Of a DNA stretch of 64,000 bases, positions 1 to 8,769 are shown in pieces. The stretch's first letter is position 1, and each line of letters starts with the position of its first letter. Origin of the DNA: an uncultured Thermoleophilia bacterium (GTDB taxonomy: Bacteria; Actinomycetota; Thermoleophilia; UBA2241); NCBI GenBank assembly GCA_963702475.1, contig CAVPCT010000005.1, positions 192,001 through 256,000 of the forward strand, read 5' to 3'. The notes under the pieces are model-generated. The model did no database searches. It saw only the letters and a list, made by a program, of their open reading frames with translations, and was not told the origin of the DNA. The position numbers and the translations under genes were made by a program.

Positions 1-1
1 C

Positions 2-388
2 GTTGCACGCGGTCTGGAACAGCGGCCAGCCGAACGCGCTCTCCACCGCCACGAGGATAGCCACCTGCCACACGGCCGTGACGTACGCGAAGCCCACGAA
101 CCACACCACACCCATGAACACTGAGAGCATGATGATGACCTTGCGCCCGAGGCGATCGGTGAGCTGGCCGCCGAGGAACTGCATCGGCATGACGGCGAGG
201 GGGACGAGGCCGAAGACCACCCCGACCATGGACATGGACGCGCCCAGGTAGCGGTGCATGTAGATGCCCTCGAAGGGGAACGCGAGAGCGGCCGCGGCGA
301 CGTAGACGAACGTGCCGAGGGTCAGCACCCAGAACTGCCCGGGAAAGCCGCGCAGCTCGTGCCAGGATCGGGAGAAGCGTGAGGTCAC
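2..388 (-). CDS. MFS transporter (runs off the window edge)
   Basis: Reverse translation from GTG at 388: MTSRFSRSWHELRGFPGQFWVLTLGTFVY...GGQLTDRLGRK, the MFS motif A, with hydrophobic helices. TACGAT -10-like box 6 nt upstream (leaderless). Confidence 0.85.
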   Translation of the reverse strand, partial: MTSRFSRSWHELRGFPGQFWVLTLGTFVYVAAAALAFPFEGIYMHRYLGASMSMVGVVFGLVPLAVMPMQFLGGQLTDRLGRKVIIMLSVFMGVVWFVGFAYVTAVWQVAILVAVESAFGWPLFQTACN

Positions 389-469
389 GGCGCCATCGTA
401 TCCGACCGACACGCGGCGCCGGCGACTCACGCGGGGAGCCGTTGCATTCGCGGCGCGTGCTCCTGCGTG

Positions 470-513
470 AAACCTGCTCAAACTTGACTGGACCGGCGCC
501 GCGCCGCTAGGTT
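470..513 (+). promoter_or_regulatory. sigma70-type promoter (TTGACT-18-TAGGTT), leaderless, with 10-bp-spaced direct repeats AAACCTG/AAACTTG overlapping the -35
   Basis: TTGACT 484-489, TAGGTT 508-513, ATG at 520; repeats at 470 and 480. Confidence 0.55.
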
Positions 514-519
514 CCGGAC

Positions 520-1590
520 ATGCTGCTCAGCGTGAACCAGGCCGCGCGCCGCCTCGGCGTCTCCCCCGTCACCGTGCGCCGCTGGACGGCGACGGGCCTG
601 TTGCCGTGCACCCGCACAGCGGGAGGGCACCGGCGCATCGACGAGCACGACCTCGACGACCTGGCGCGCTCCATCGGCGCCGGCAGCCAGCTCGCCGCGC
701 AGGCGGCCCGGGAGCGCGAGGTGGAGGTGCTCGTCGACACCTCCATCGCGCTGGCCGGCCGCCTGGAGCTCGGCGAGCTTCTCTACGAGATCGCCATGCG
801 CATGACGGCGCTGCTGGACTGTCACTTCTGCGCCATCTCGGAGTACGACGCCGCAGACGGCAGCGTCGCCACGCTGGCGGAGTACGACGACGCCGGCCAC
901 CGACTCCCGGACCAGAGCCCGTACCATCTCAGCGACTTCCCGCTCACGCGACGGGTGCTGGAGGAACAGGTGACGGTCGTCGTGAACGTGGACGACCCCG
1001 AGGCCGACGCCGCGGAGGTCGCCGAGCTGCGCCGCGAGGGCGACCGTAGCCTCCTCATGGTCCCGCTCGTGGTCCACGGCGACACGATCGGTCTGCTGGA
1101 GGCCGTGGACCAGGAACGTTCACGCCGGTACTCCCGCCAGGAGCTCCGCCTCGCCAGCGCTATCGCCGGGCAGGCGGCAGTGGCCATCAGGAACGCCAAG
1201 CTCTTCGCGGAAAGGCGCGCCGGCGACGAATCCCAGCGCATCGACGCCGCGCTGCACACCCTCACGACCTACATGCAGACCGTCCTGGAGGCCGGCGCGG
1301 ATGAGGTCCTTGCCCGGCTCGCGACCGCCGTGTGCGAGGCGTTCGGGGCGGTCTCGTGCGTGGCCGAGAGCGGCGCGCGGAGCGCGGGCGCGTTCGGCGC
1401 CGGCCACGAAGGCCTCGACGGCGCCGCCCTCACGGTGGTACGCGACCCCTCCGGACGCACCGGTCTCAGTCTCACGCTCACCCTTCCGCGACCGCTGGGG
1501 ACCGCGCAGGCGGACCTCCTCGACCTCATCGTCGCCGCCACGGCGGCGCACCTCTCACGAGTGGACCGCGGGGACGGCCCGTGTACCTGA
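520..1590 (+). CDS. MerR/excisionase-type (BldC-like) HTH plus GAF domain protein
   Basis: N-terminal LLSVNQAARRLGVSPVTVRRW...RTAGGHRRI; GAF hallmarks SLLMVPLVVHGDTIGLLE...AIAGQAAVAIRNAKLF. Confidence 0.85.
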   Translation: MLLSVNQAARRLGVSPVTVRRWTATGLLPCTRTAGGHRRIDEHDLDDLARSIGAGSQLAAQAAREREVEVLVDTSIALAGRLELGELLYEIAMRMTALLDCHFCAISEYDAADGSVATLAEYDDAGHRLPDQSPYHLSDFPLTRRVLEEQVTVVVNVDDPEADAAEVAELRREGDRSLLMVPLVVHGDTIGLLEAVDQERSRRYSRQELRLASAIAGQAAVAIRNAKLFAERRAGDESQRIDAALHTLTTYMQTVLEAGADEVLARLATAVCEAFGAVSCVAESGARSAGAFGAGHEGLDGAALTVVRDPSGRTGLSLTLTLPRPLGTAQADLLDLIVAATAAHLSRVDRGDGPCT

Positions 1591-2657
1591 GCGTCCAGCT
1601 CGCGGCCCGCCGCCTCGGGGTCTCGCCTCACACGGTCCGCCGGTGGACGGCGTCCGGGCTGCTGCCCTGCACGCGCACGGCAGGCGGCCATCGGCGGATC
1701 AAGCAGGAGGACGTCGACGAGTTGGCCCAGCTCATCGGCGGGCGCAACCACCTCGCCACGCGCCTCGCACGCGAACGCGAGCTGGACCTGATGATGGAGG
1801 CGGCCGAGTCGCTGGGCGCGTCGCCGTCCGGCGACGACGCGCTGCGTCGCCTGGCGCTCTGCGCGGCGGCGCTCCTCGAGGCCTCCGGCGTCTTCGTCTG
1901 GAGCCTCGACGACACCGGCGCGAGAGCCACGCTCCTCGCCGGTCACGGTACCGGCCGGCGGCTTCACACCGCCGGCGGCTTCGTCCTCGAGCAGGCGCCC
2001 GCGGCGCGGCGCGCCCTCGAGGGCCGCGCGCCGGTCGCAGTGCGGGCCGGCGATCAGCGCGCCGACGAGGCCGATGCTGCCCTGCTCCGCCGCGACGGCG
2101 ACGGCAGCCTTCTGGTGGTGCCGATCGTGGCCGGCGAGGAGACGCTGGGCCTCCTCGAGGTCCGCGACCGGAGGGAGCGGACGTACACGCGCCAGGAGGT
2201 ACGGCTCGCAGGAGCGCTCGCTTCCCTGTTTGCGGCGACCATGGAGCGCAAGCGGCTGCGGCGGCGCGCGCGCCTCCACGAAGGTGAGGAGGAGACCTTG
2301 CGGGCCGCCCTCACCAAGGTCGCCGGCGGCCTCGCCGCCGTCAGAGGTGCCACGGAGCTGGACGCGCTGCAGGCGGCGGCGCGTCTGGCCACAGACGCCC
2401 TGGGCGGGGTCGCCTGCGTGGCCGGTCGCGGCACGGCGACCGCCGGCGCCGTGGCCGGCGACCCGGGCGCCGCGCGTGAGCCGCAGGCGGGCGTGGCGCA
2501 CGTGCTCGTGGCATCGGGCGGTGAGGACGACTCCCGCGTAGTCCTCACGCTCACGCTGGCCGGGCCGGCGACGGCCGGCGCCGCCGAGCTTCTCACGATC
2601 GTCGCCGGTGCGGCGGCCGCCGCCGCGGACGCGGCCTCTTCGGCGGCCGACGCCTGA
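1581..2657 (+). CDS. MerR/excisionase-type HTH plus GAF domain protein, paralog of the upstream gene
   Basis: GTG at 1581 overlaps the previous stop; YLSVQLAARRLGVSPHTVRRWTASGLLPCTRTAGGHRRI is nearly identical to the upstream HTH; GAF SLLVVPIVAGEETLGLLEV. Confidence 0.85.
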   Translation: MYLSVQLAARRLGVSPHTVRRWTASGLLPCTRTAGGHRRIKQEDVDELAQLIGGRNHLATRLARERELDLMMEAAESLGASPSGDDALRRLALCAAALLEASGVFVWSLDDTGARATLLAGHGTGRRLHTAGGFVLEQAPAARRALEGRAPVAVRAGDQRADEADAALLRRDGDGSLLVVPIVAGEETLGLLEVRDRRERTYTRQEVRLAGALASLFAATMERKRLRRRARLHEGEEETLRAALTKVAGGLAAVRGATELDALQAAARLATDALGGVACVAGRGTATAGAVAGDPGAAREPQAGVAHVLVASGGEDDSRVVLTLTLAGPATAGAAELLTIVAGAAAAAADAASSAADA

Positions 2658-2716
2658 CGGCGACGGCCGCAGACGCCGCAGGGCCGGCCCGCACCGCCCT
2701 GCGGTATCCTGACCGC

Positions 2717-5671
2717 ATGCCCGTTCGCTCCCCTCAGCTCGTCGTACTCGACACCGAGACCACCGGCCTGGACCCCGCCCACAGCCGCATCGTCGACATC
2801 GGCGCGGTGCGTCTGGGGCCCGACCTGCGGGTGGCCGACCGCTTCGCCACGCTCGTCGACCCCGGAGCGCCTCTGCCGCTTCAGATCAAGCGACTGCTCG
2901 GCCTCGACGACACGAGCCTCGCGGGAGCGCCTTCCTTTCCCGAAGCGTTCGCGCAGCTGCGGGAGTTCGTGGGCGACGCGCTGGTGGCCGGGCACAACGT
3001 CGGGTTCGACCGCGACCACCTGGCCGCCGAGGCGCGGCGCGCCGGACTGCCGGCTCTCGGGGCGCGCTGGTTCGACACCCTGGAAGCTGCGCTGCTGCTC
3101 TTTCCCGAGCTCGACAGCCACGCCCTTGACGCCATGGCCGTCGAGTTGGGCGTCGCCAGAGACGTCCACCGTGCGCTCCCCGACGCCGAGCTGACCGCCG
3201 CCCTCTTCGCGCGGCTGTGCGCCCGCGCGTCGGGTCTCGGGCCGCAGGAACGCGCGCTGCTCACCGCCGCGGGGTGGGAACCGCTGCAGGTCCTGGCCCG
3301 CTATCACGCGCCCCCGGAGGATGCGCCACCGCCGATGGTGGCGGACGAGCGTTCCGGGCAGCTTGTGGCCGTACCCGTCGAGCTCGACGGTTGGAGGGCC
3401 GAGCTCGGCGGCGCGAAGCCCGCGCCCGGCGGCGCGCCGACTGCACCCGACGAAGGGCCGGTGGACCCGGGGGATGACGGTATCGCGGCCGGCGCCGACG
3501 GTGCCGCCCCCGGCATGGCCGCGCGTCTCCCGGGCTTTCGCCGCCGGCCGGGCCAGATCCAGCTCGCGGAGGCCGTGAGCGAGGTGTTCCACGCCGGAGG
3601 GGTCGGCCTGTTCGAGGCGGGGACGGGCATGGGCAAGAGCCTCGCCTACCTGCTGCCCGCGGCCTTCTTCGGGGCGTCGCAAGGCCGCCGCGTCCTCGTC
3701 AGCACGAAGACCAAGGCACTCCAGCGCCAGCTGGCCGCGTACGAGCTGCCGAGGGTGGCCGAGGCTGTCGGTGAGGGCTGGCGCTGGGCGCTCCTCATGG
3801 GGCGGGAGAACTACGTCTGCCGCCGTCGCCTCGACGAAGCCGTGACCGGCGAAGAGGGCGTGCTCCCAGACGCCGAGCGTGCACTCGCCCTGGCCTACCT
3901 CGTCGGCAGGTCACGCCGCGGCGAGGTCGACCTCTCGGCCCTGCCCTACCGCGCATCGCTCGTGCTGCCGGCCCTGGCCGAGGTGGCCCGCGACCTGCGC
4001 TCGTCGCGGGCCACCTGCATGGGCCGGCACTGCCCGGCGCGCCGCGACTGTCACTGGCGCGCGGCGCGCACCCGCGCCGAGGCCTCGCACCTCGTGTGCG
4101 TCAACCACGCGCTTCTGCTCACGGGGCCGGACACGCTGCCGCCGTTCGAGGATGTGGTGATCGACGAGGCGCACCTGCTGTACCACGAGGCCACCGAGGC
4201 GTTCAGCGACGAGGTCGACGCCCTCGCCTTGGACCTGCTGCTCGCCGACCTGCGCGGCCGGCGGGGGCAGCGCGGCCTGCCGCAGCGTCTCCGCGCGGCG
4301 GCGCGGCGCGCCGACCCGGGCGAGGCTCGCGGTCTCGAGGCGGCGGCGGACGCCTGCGAGCGCGCCGCCGACATGCTGCCCGACGTCATCCGCGCCGTCG
4401 GCGAGACGCTGACCCTGGTCGGTCACGCGGCCGGCGAGCAGGACGAGGGCGAGGTGGCCGGCGACCGGCCTGCCCCGGACCATGAGCGCCGGCCGTGGCG
4501 CGGCTACGACACGACCGTCTGGCTCACGCCGGGACTCCGCGAGCTCCCCGCGTGGGACCCGTTCGCCACGGCCACCGCCCTGCTGTCCGAGGGGCTCGGC
4601 GCCCTGTCCGCCGGCGTCGCCGGCGCCGCGGACGCCCTCCCGGAGGACCACCGCGAGCACGCGGCGGTGGTCTCCCTGGCCGACGAGGCGGCGCGTCTGG
4701 CCGGGCTCCTCGCCGACCTGCCCGAGAGTGGAGGCGAAGGCGAGGTCGTGTGGGCGCAGATCGAGGCTCCCCCGGCCGCACCGGAGGCGGGCGGAGCCGC
4801 GCGCTGGAAGCTCGCGCGCGCGCCGCTCACGCCCGCTCGCCACGTGCGCGAGGCGCTGTGGGACCGTCTGCGCAGCGCCGTGCTCGCCAGTGCGACGCTC
4901 ACCGTGCGCGGCTCCTTCGCGTACTTCCGGCAGATGACGGGTCTGGACGCCGACGTGGACGTCACCGAGCGGGTCTTCCCCTCCCCGTTCGACTTCCGCC
5001 GCCAGGCGGTGCTCGTACTCGAGCACGACCCCGGCAACGCCTGGCGGGCCGACGCCGTCGCCGGCCGACAAGCCGAGCGGCTCAAGCGCCTGGGTGAGAT
5101 CACCGGCGGCCGCACGCTGGCGCTCTTCACCAACAAGCGCGACATGGCCCGCGTGGCCGAGGAGGTCGGACCACACATGGAGGACGACGGCGTGCTCGTG
5201 CTGGCCCAGGGCCTGCACGGGAGCGCCGCCGCGCTGGCCGAGGAGTTCCGCACGCACCCGGCGACGATGCTCCTGGGCGTGGACACCCTGTGGACCGGTC
5301 AGGACTTTCCCGGCGACGTGCTCACCTGCCTCGTGATCGCCAAGCTCCCCTTCCCCCGCCAGGACCCCTTGTTCAGGGCGCGCAAGCGCGCCTGCGAGGA
5401 GTCGGGCGCCGGCTGGTTCGACGCCTTCTACCTGCCCGAGACGGTGCTGAAGTTCAGGCAGGGCTTCGGACGCCTGATACGCACCGAGAGCGACCGCGGG
5501 GTGGTGGTGGTGCTCGACCACCGCCTGACGCAGAAGAATTACCGGCGCGAGTTCCTCGAGAGCCTTCCTGAGATCGAGGTGGTCGAGGCGTCGCCGGCCG
5601 AGTTGCCGGCGGTCGTGGAGAGGTCCCTGCGGCGGCTCGGAGCCTGGCTCCCGGAAGGCCCGCGCGCCTGA
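2717..5671 (+). CDS. dinG: DEDDh 3'-5' exonuclease fused to a DinG-family ATP-dependent helicase
   Basis: LDTETTG, GHNVGFD, HRALPDA exonuclease motifs; EAGTGMGKS Walker A; DEAH; four Fe-S Cys (YVC...CMGRHC...C); QGFGRLIR motif VI. Confidence 0.9.
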   Translation: MPVRSPQLVVLDTETTGLDPAHSRIVDIGAVRLGPDLRVADRFATLVDPGAPLPLQIKRLLGLDDTSLAGAPSFPEAFAQLREFVGDALVAGHNVGFDRDHLAAEARRAGLPALGARWFDTLEAALLLFPELDSHALDAMAVELGVARDVHRALPDAELTAALFARLCARASGLGPQERALLTAAGWEPLQVLARYHAPPEDAPPPMVADERSGQLVAVPVELDGWRAELGGAKPAPGGAPTAPDEGPVDPGDDGIAAGADGAAPGMAARLPGFRRRPGQIQLAEAVSEVFHAGGVGLFEAGTGMGKSLAYLLPAAFFGASQGRRVLVSTKTKALQRQLAAYELPRVAEAVGEGWRWALLMGRENYVCRRRLDEAVTGEEGVLPDAERALALAYLVGRSRRGEVDLSALPYRASLVLPALAEVARDLRSSRATCMGRHCPARRDCHWRAARTRAEASHLVCVNHALLLTGPDTLPPFEDVVIDEAHLLYHEATEAFSDEVDALALDLLLADLRGRRGQRGLPQRLRAAARRADPGEARGLEAAADACERAADMLPDVIRAVGETLTLVGHAAGEQDEGEVAGDRPAPDHERRPWRGYDTTVWLTPGLRELPAWDPFATATALLSEGLGALSAGVAGAADALPEDHREHAAVVSLADEAARLAGLLADLPESGGEGEVVWAQIEAPPAAPEAGGAARWKLARAPLTPARHVREALWDRLRSAVLASATLTVRGSFAYFRQMTGLDADVDVTERVFPSPFDFRRQAVLVLEHDPGNAWRADAVAGRQAERLKRLGEITGGRTLALFTNKRDMARVAEEVGPHMEDDGVLVLAQGLHGSAAALAEEFRTHPATMLLGVDTLWTGQDFPGDVLTCLVIAKLPFPRQDPLFRARKRACEESGAGWFDAFYLPETVLKFRQGFGRLIRTESDRGVVVVLDHRLTQKNYRREFLESLPEIEVVEASPAELPAVVERSLRRLGAWLPEGPRA

Positions 5672-5737
5672 GACCCTCCCGGCCTCACCTCAGGCCCGGC
5701 GCACGCCTCATCACCTCGACCGCGCGGCGCCGCGACG

Positions 5738-6130
5738 CTACTTGAGCAGCCTGCCGCTGCGTTGCGCGGAGCGCTCGTCCACACGCTTCACGACGCGCGC
5801 CTTGGTGCGTTTGCCGCAGTTGGGGCAGGTGAGCGTCTTGTAGCTGTAGTACGTGCCGTCGGGGTTCTTGCCGATGGACGAGGTGGTGAAGAAGTTCACC
5901 GTGGTCGGCACCTGGAACGGCTTGCCGCACTTCTCACACAGGTAGCCCGTCTTGCGCGACACGAGGCTGATGTACATCCACAGCCCCGCGACGATGATCA
6001 GGAGCGTGGGCAGGAACCCGCGCCAGGGGTAGATGACGACGAGTGCGAAGACGACGACCGCGACGAAGATGAGCAGCTTCCAGGTCTGACTCCACCAGTC
6101 GTACTTGTCGCGTTCAACGAAGCGGGCCAC
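5738..6130 (-). CDS. membrane protein with C-terminal zinc ribbon
   Basis: Two TM segments followed by CEKC...CPNC. Confidence 0.75.
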   Translation of the reverse strand: MARFVERDKYDWWSQTWKLLIFVAVVVFALVVIYPWRGFLPTLLIIVAGLWMYISLVSRKTGYLCEKCGKPFQVPTTVNFFTTSSIGKNPDGTYYSYKTLTCPNCGKRTKARVVKRVDERSAQRSGRLLK

Positions 6131-6211
6131 GCTGCCGCCTTTCGAGGAAGAGGGCTACGGACGGAAGGAGGCGCGCCGCGCCGACCGGCGGGCCGGACGC
6201 CGCCGGGCGGA

Positions 6212-6331
6212 TCACCCGCCGACTGGACCGGCGAGGTAGCTGACCAGCGTGAAGATGCCGAACAACGCGGCCATGACCACCACCCCGAACCCGAGGGTCA
6301 TGAAGAACCCGACGAGAAACTGCCGACCCAT
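6212..6331 (-). CDS. small membrane protein (39 aa)
   Basis: MGRQFLVGFFMTLGFGVVVMAALFGIFTLVSYLAGPVGG with AAAGGGGAG RBS. Confidence 0.55.
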   Translation of the reverse strand: MGRQFLVGFFMTLGFGVVVMAALFGIFTLVSYLAGPVGG

Positions 6332-6529
6332 GCTGCGCTCCCCTTTGAAGCAGACGCTGACGGGCGCCGTGACGCCAACGAGAGTATGCCACTCGCGAGG
6401 TCGCGGAGAAAGCGCGCCGCCGGCACCGTCCCGGCGGGCGGTCGCGCACCCGGCGTTCAAGACCTGGACTGCCGCAGCCGAGGAGAGGGTACGAACCACG
6501 TCGTCGCGTCGTCCACGAAGGGAGCCCAC

Positions 6530-7200
6530 ATGGATGTCGAGTTCCAGAACGCCCCGGCCTTCACGGTCGCCGTCGCCAGGCTCGCAGGGGGCGAAAGCCT
6601 GCGCGCCGAGAGCGGCGCCATGATCAGCATGACCACGGGCACGCAGATCGAGACATCTACACAGGGGGGATCCTCAAAGGCCTCAAGCGGTCGCTCTCCG
6701 GCGAGTCGTTCTTCATGAACACGTTCACGGCGCCCCCCGAAGGCGGCGAGGTGGTCCTGGCCTCCCCGCTGCCGGGCGACATGACCTACGTCGACCTGCA
6801 GGGCCACACCTGGTACTTCCACCGCGACGGCTTCATCGCCTCAGAGCAGGGCGTGGACCTGGACACGAGTTGGGGCGGACTCAAGAGCGCGTTCGGGGCC
6901 TCGTCGTTCCTCGTCGTGAAGTGCTCGGGGCAGGGCAAGGCCATAGTGGCCACGTACGGCGCGCTGCGCCGCGTGGACCTGCAGGCCGGCCAGCAGTACA
7001 CCGTGGACTCGGGGCACATGGTGGCGTGGCCCGAGGGCATGCCGATGCAGGTACACAAGGTCGGCGGGATGAAGTCGCTCTTCCTGAGCGGTGAGGGCTT
7101 CGTCGTCACGCTCACCGGCCCCGGCACCTTCTTCACGCAGACCCGCAGCGAAGCCGCCTTCGTCACCTGGCTGGCGCCGCTGCTGCCGAAGCAGAACTGA
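6530..7200 (+). CDS. TIGR00266/AIM24 family protein, frameshifted at ~6665
   Basis: MDVEFQNAPAF...AESGAMISM joins LKRSLSGESFFMNTF...VDSGHMVAW...SGEGFV if one G is added to the G6 run at 6664-6669. Confidence 0.8.
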
Positions 7201-7303
7201 CCGCGGAGGTGCGGGGGCGCGGCGGGACGCGTGCGGCCCGCCCCTGTTACTGTCCGCTGCGGACGGGTACCACCGAAGTACACGTCGTCCTCGGAGGTGG
7301 AGC

Positions 7304-7477
7304 ATGGCAGGTGACTCCGGCGGCAGGCCCGGCGAGCACGACCACCGGTACGACCACCGCGGCAAAGGGCTCGGCTGGCCGCCTCTCAAGAAGACGGCGC
7401 CGCCGCGCGGCTGGACCAGCAAGACGATGCACCATCCGGCCACCCGCATCGGGGAGCTCAAGCACGGCAAGACCTGA
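7304..7477 (+). CDS. small His/Gly/Pro-rich hypothetical protein (57 aa)
   Basis: GGAGG RBS, ATG at 7304, strong hairpin after the stop. Confidence 0.5.
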   Translation: MAGDSGGRPGEHDHRYDHRGKGLGWPPLKKTAPPRGWTSKTMHHPATRIGELKHGKT

Positions 7478-7504
7478 GCGGACGGGTCGCAGCGAAGACG
7501 CACC

Positions 7505-7538
7505 GAGGGCCCGGCGCTCCTGCGAGCGCCGGGCCCTC
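7505..7538. terminator. bidirectional hairpin terminator
   Basis: 15-bp perfect stem GAGGGCCCGGCGCTC/GAGCGCCGGGCCCTC between convergent genes. Confidence 0.65.
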
Positions 7539-7555
7539 CGTGCGTCGCGCGGCCG

Positions 7556-8137
7556 TCAGGCGTTCAGCTTCTTGAGCGCCCAGGCCATGGCGCGGCCCAG
7601 GTCCTGCATGTTGGCCATGCCCTCGTCGTCGTTCTCGACGTCGCCCTTGCCGAGGCCGTAGCCCATGTTCCAGTAGGTCGAGCCGATCACGATCATGCCG
7701 GCGATCTGGAACCAGTGGTTGATGCTGTCGAACGCATGGATGGCGCCGCCGCGCCGTGCCGCGACCACGGCGGCGCCGACCTTGCGCCTGAGGGCGTCTC
7801 CCCCGCTTCTGCGCGTGGCGTAGCCGGCGCGTTCCATGAGCGCCTGCGTGACGGCGGTGCAGTTCGCGTAGTACGTGGGCGAGCCGATGATGACGCCGTC
7901 GGCCTCCACCATCTTGGCGATACACTCGTTCATGCCGTCGTCCTTCTGACCGGGGCAGGTGTTGTCCATCGTCTCCCCGCACTTCAGGCAGGCGATGCAG
8001 CCGCGGAACCTCTTGTTGTAGAGCTGGACCAGCTCGGTCTCGATGCCCTCGGCCTCCAACTCGACCAGCACGCGGCGCAGCAGGATGGCCGTGTTGCCGT
8101 CCTTGCGGGAGCTGCCGTTGAACGCGACCACCTTCAT
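7556..8137 (-). CDS. iron-sulfur flavoprotein (Isf-like, flavodoxin family)
   Basis: MKVVAFNGSSRKDGNT, CIACLKC...C cluster motif, GSPTYY, ARRGGAIHAFD. Confidence 0.9.
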   Translation of the reverse strand: MKVVAFNGSSRKDGNTAILLRRVLVELEAEGIETELVQLYNKRFRGCIACLKCGETMDNTCPGQKDDGMNECIAKMVEADGVIIGSPTYYANCTAVTQALMERAGYATRRSGGDALRRKVGAAVVAARRGGAIHAFDSINHWFQIAGMIVIGSTYWNMGYGLGKGDVENDDEGMANMQDLGRAMAWALKKLNA

Positions 8138-8194
8138 CCCGTCGTTCTCCCTCCCGTCGTGCACGGCGCCCGGACCCGCCGGACGACCGCGCCG

Positions 8195-8764
8195 CTACAC
8201 GACCTCGAGCGCCGCCGCCAGGTCGCCGAGGTGGCGCTGGGCCTCCCGCAGCGTACAGGCCGTCCCCGGCAGGGGAAAGGCGAACACACGCCGCCCGAAC
8301 GTACGCATGAGGTCGTCGTTGAACCCGTAGTCGCTCTTGTGCTCCCAGCCGAACGAGTAGTCGAGCACCCTGTCGAGCGCGCCCTTGTAGACGAACACCA
8401 GGATGCGAGGCCGCAGCGTGGCGACGACGCCCGAGACGCGCGCCCAGCCCTCAACGTACTCGCGCTCGACGGGCTCGTCTCCGAACGGCCGTGGCGCCTT
8501 GCACAGGTCGGTCATGCCGAATCCGTGCGCCAGCAGGCTGTCGTCGCCGAACTCACCGGGCACCGCGGGTAGCACCCCGGCCTCGTCGAGCCGCTTCCAC
8601 AGCCCCTTGCCCATGCGGCCCTGGTAGTAGTGCCCGGCCTCCACGCTCGCCGGAGAAGGCGTCTTGCCCACGAACAGCGCCCGCAGGGGACCGCGTTCGG
8701 GCAGGATGTCGGCCAGCGTGACCACGACGCGGCCGTCCACCGTCATCTCGAGGCAGTGGTCCAC
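8195..8764 (-). CDS. Mug/TDG-like uracil-DNA glycosylase superfamily protein
   Basis: LADIL...LFVG-x-x-PS...GHYY...GMTDLCK pattern of the mismatch-specific glycosylase family. Confidence 0.7.
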   Translation of the reverse strand: MDHCLEMTVDGRVVVTLADILPERGPLRALFVGKTPSPASVEAGHYYQGRMGKGLWKRLDEAGVLPAVPGEFGDDSLLAHGFGMTDLCKAPRPFGDEPVEREYVEGWARVSGVVATLRPRILVFVYKGALDRVLDYSFGWEHKSDYGFNDDLMRTFGRRVFAFPLPGTACTLREAQRHLGDLAAALEVV

Positions 8765-8769
8765 GAGAC

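Noticed and set aside
520-2657. Excisionase genes marking a prophage or ICE
   Set aside because: The HTHs are fused to GAF domains, and no integrase, att site or phage genes were seen.
2717-5671. DinG as part of a type IV CRISPR or defence system
   Set aside because: It is the housekeeping exonuclease-fused form with no csf/cas neighbours.
6660-6675. Programmed ribosomal frameshift in the AIM24-family gene
   Set aside because: No canonical slippery heptamer or stimulator, and similar breaks in four other genes point to sequence error.
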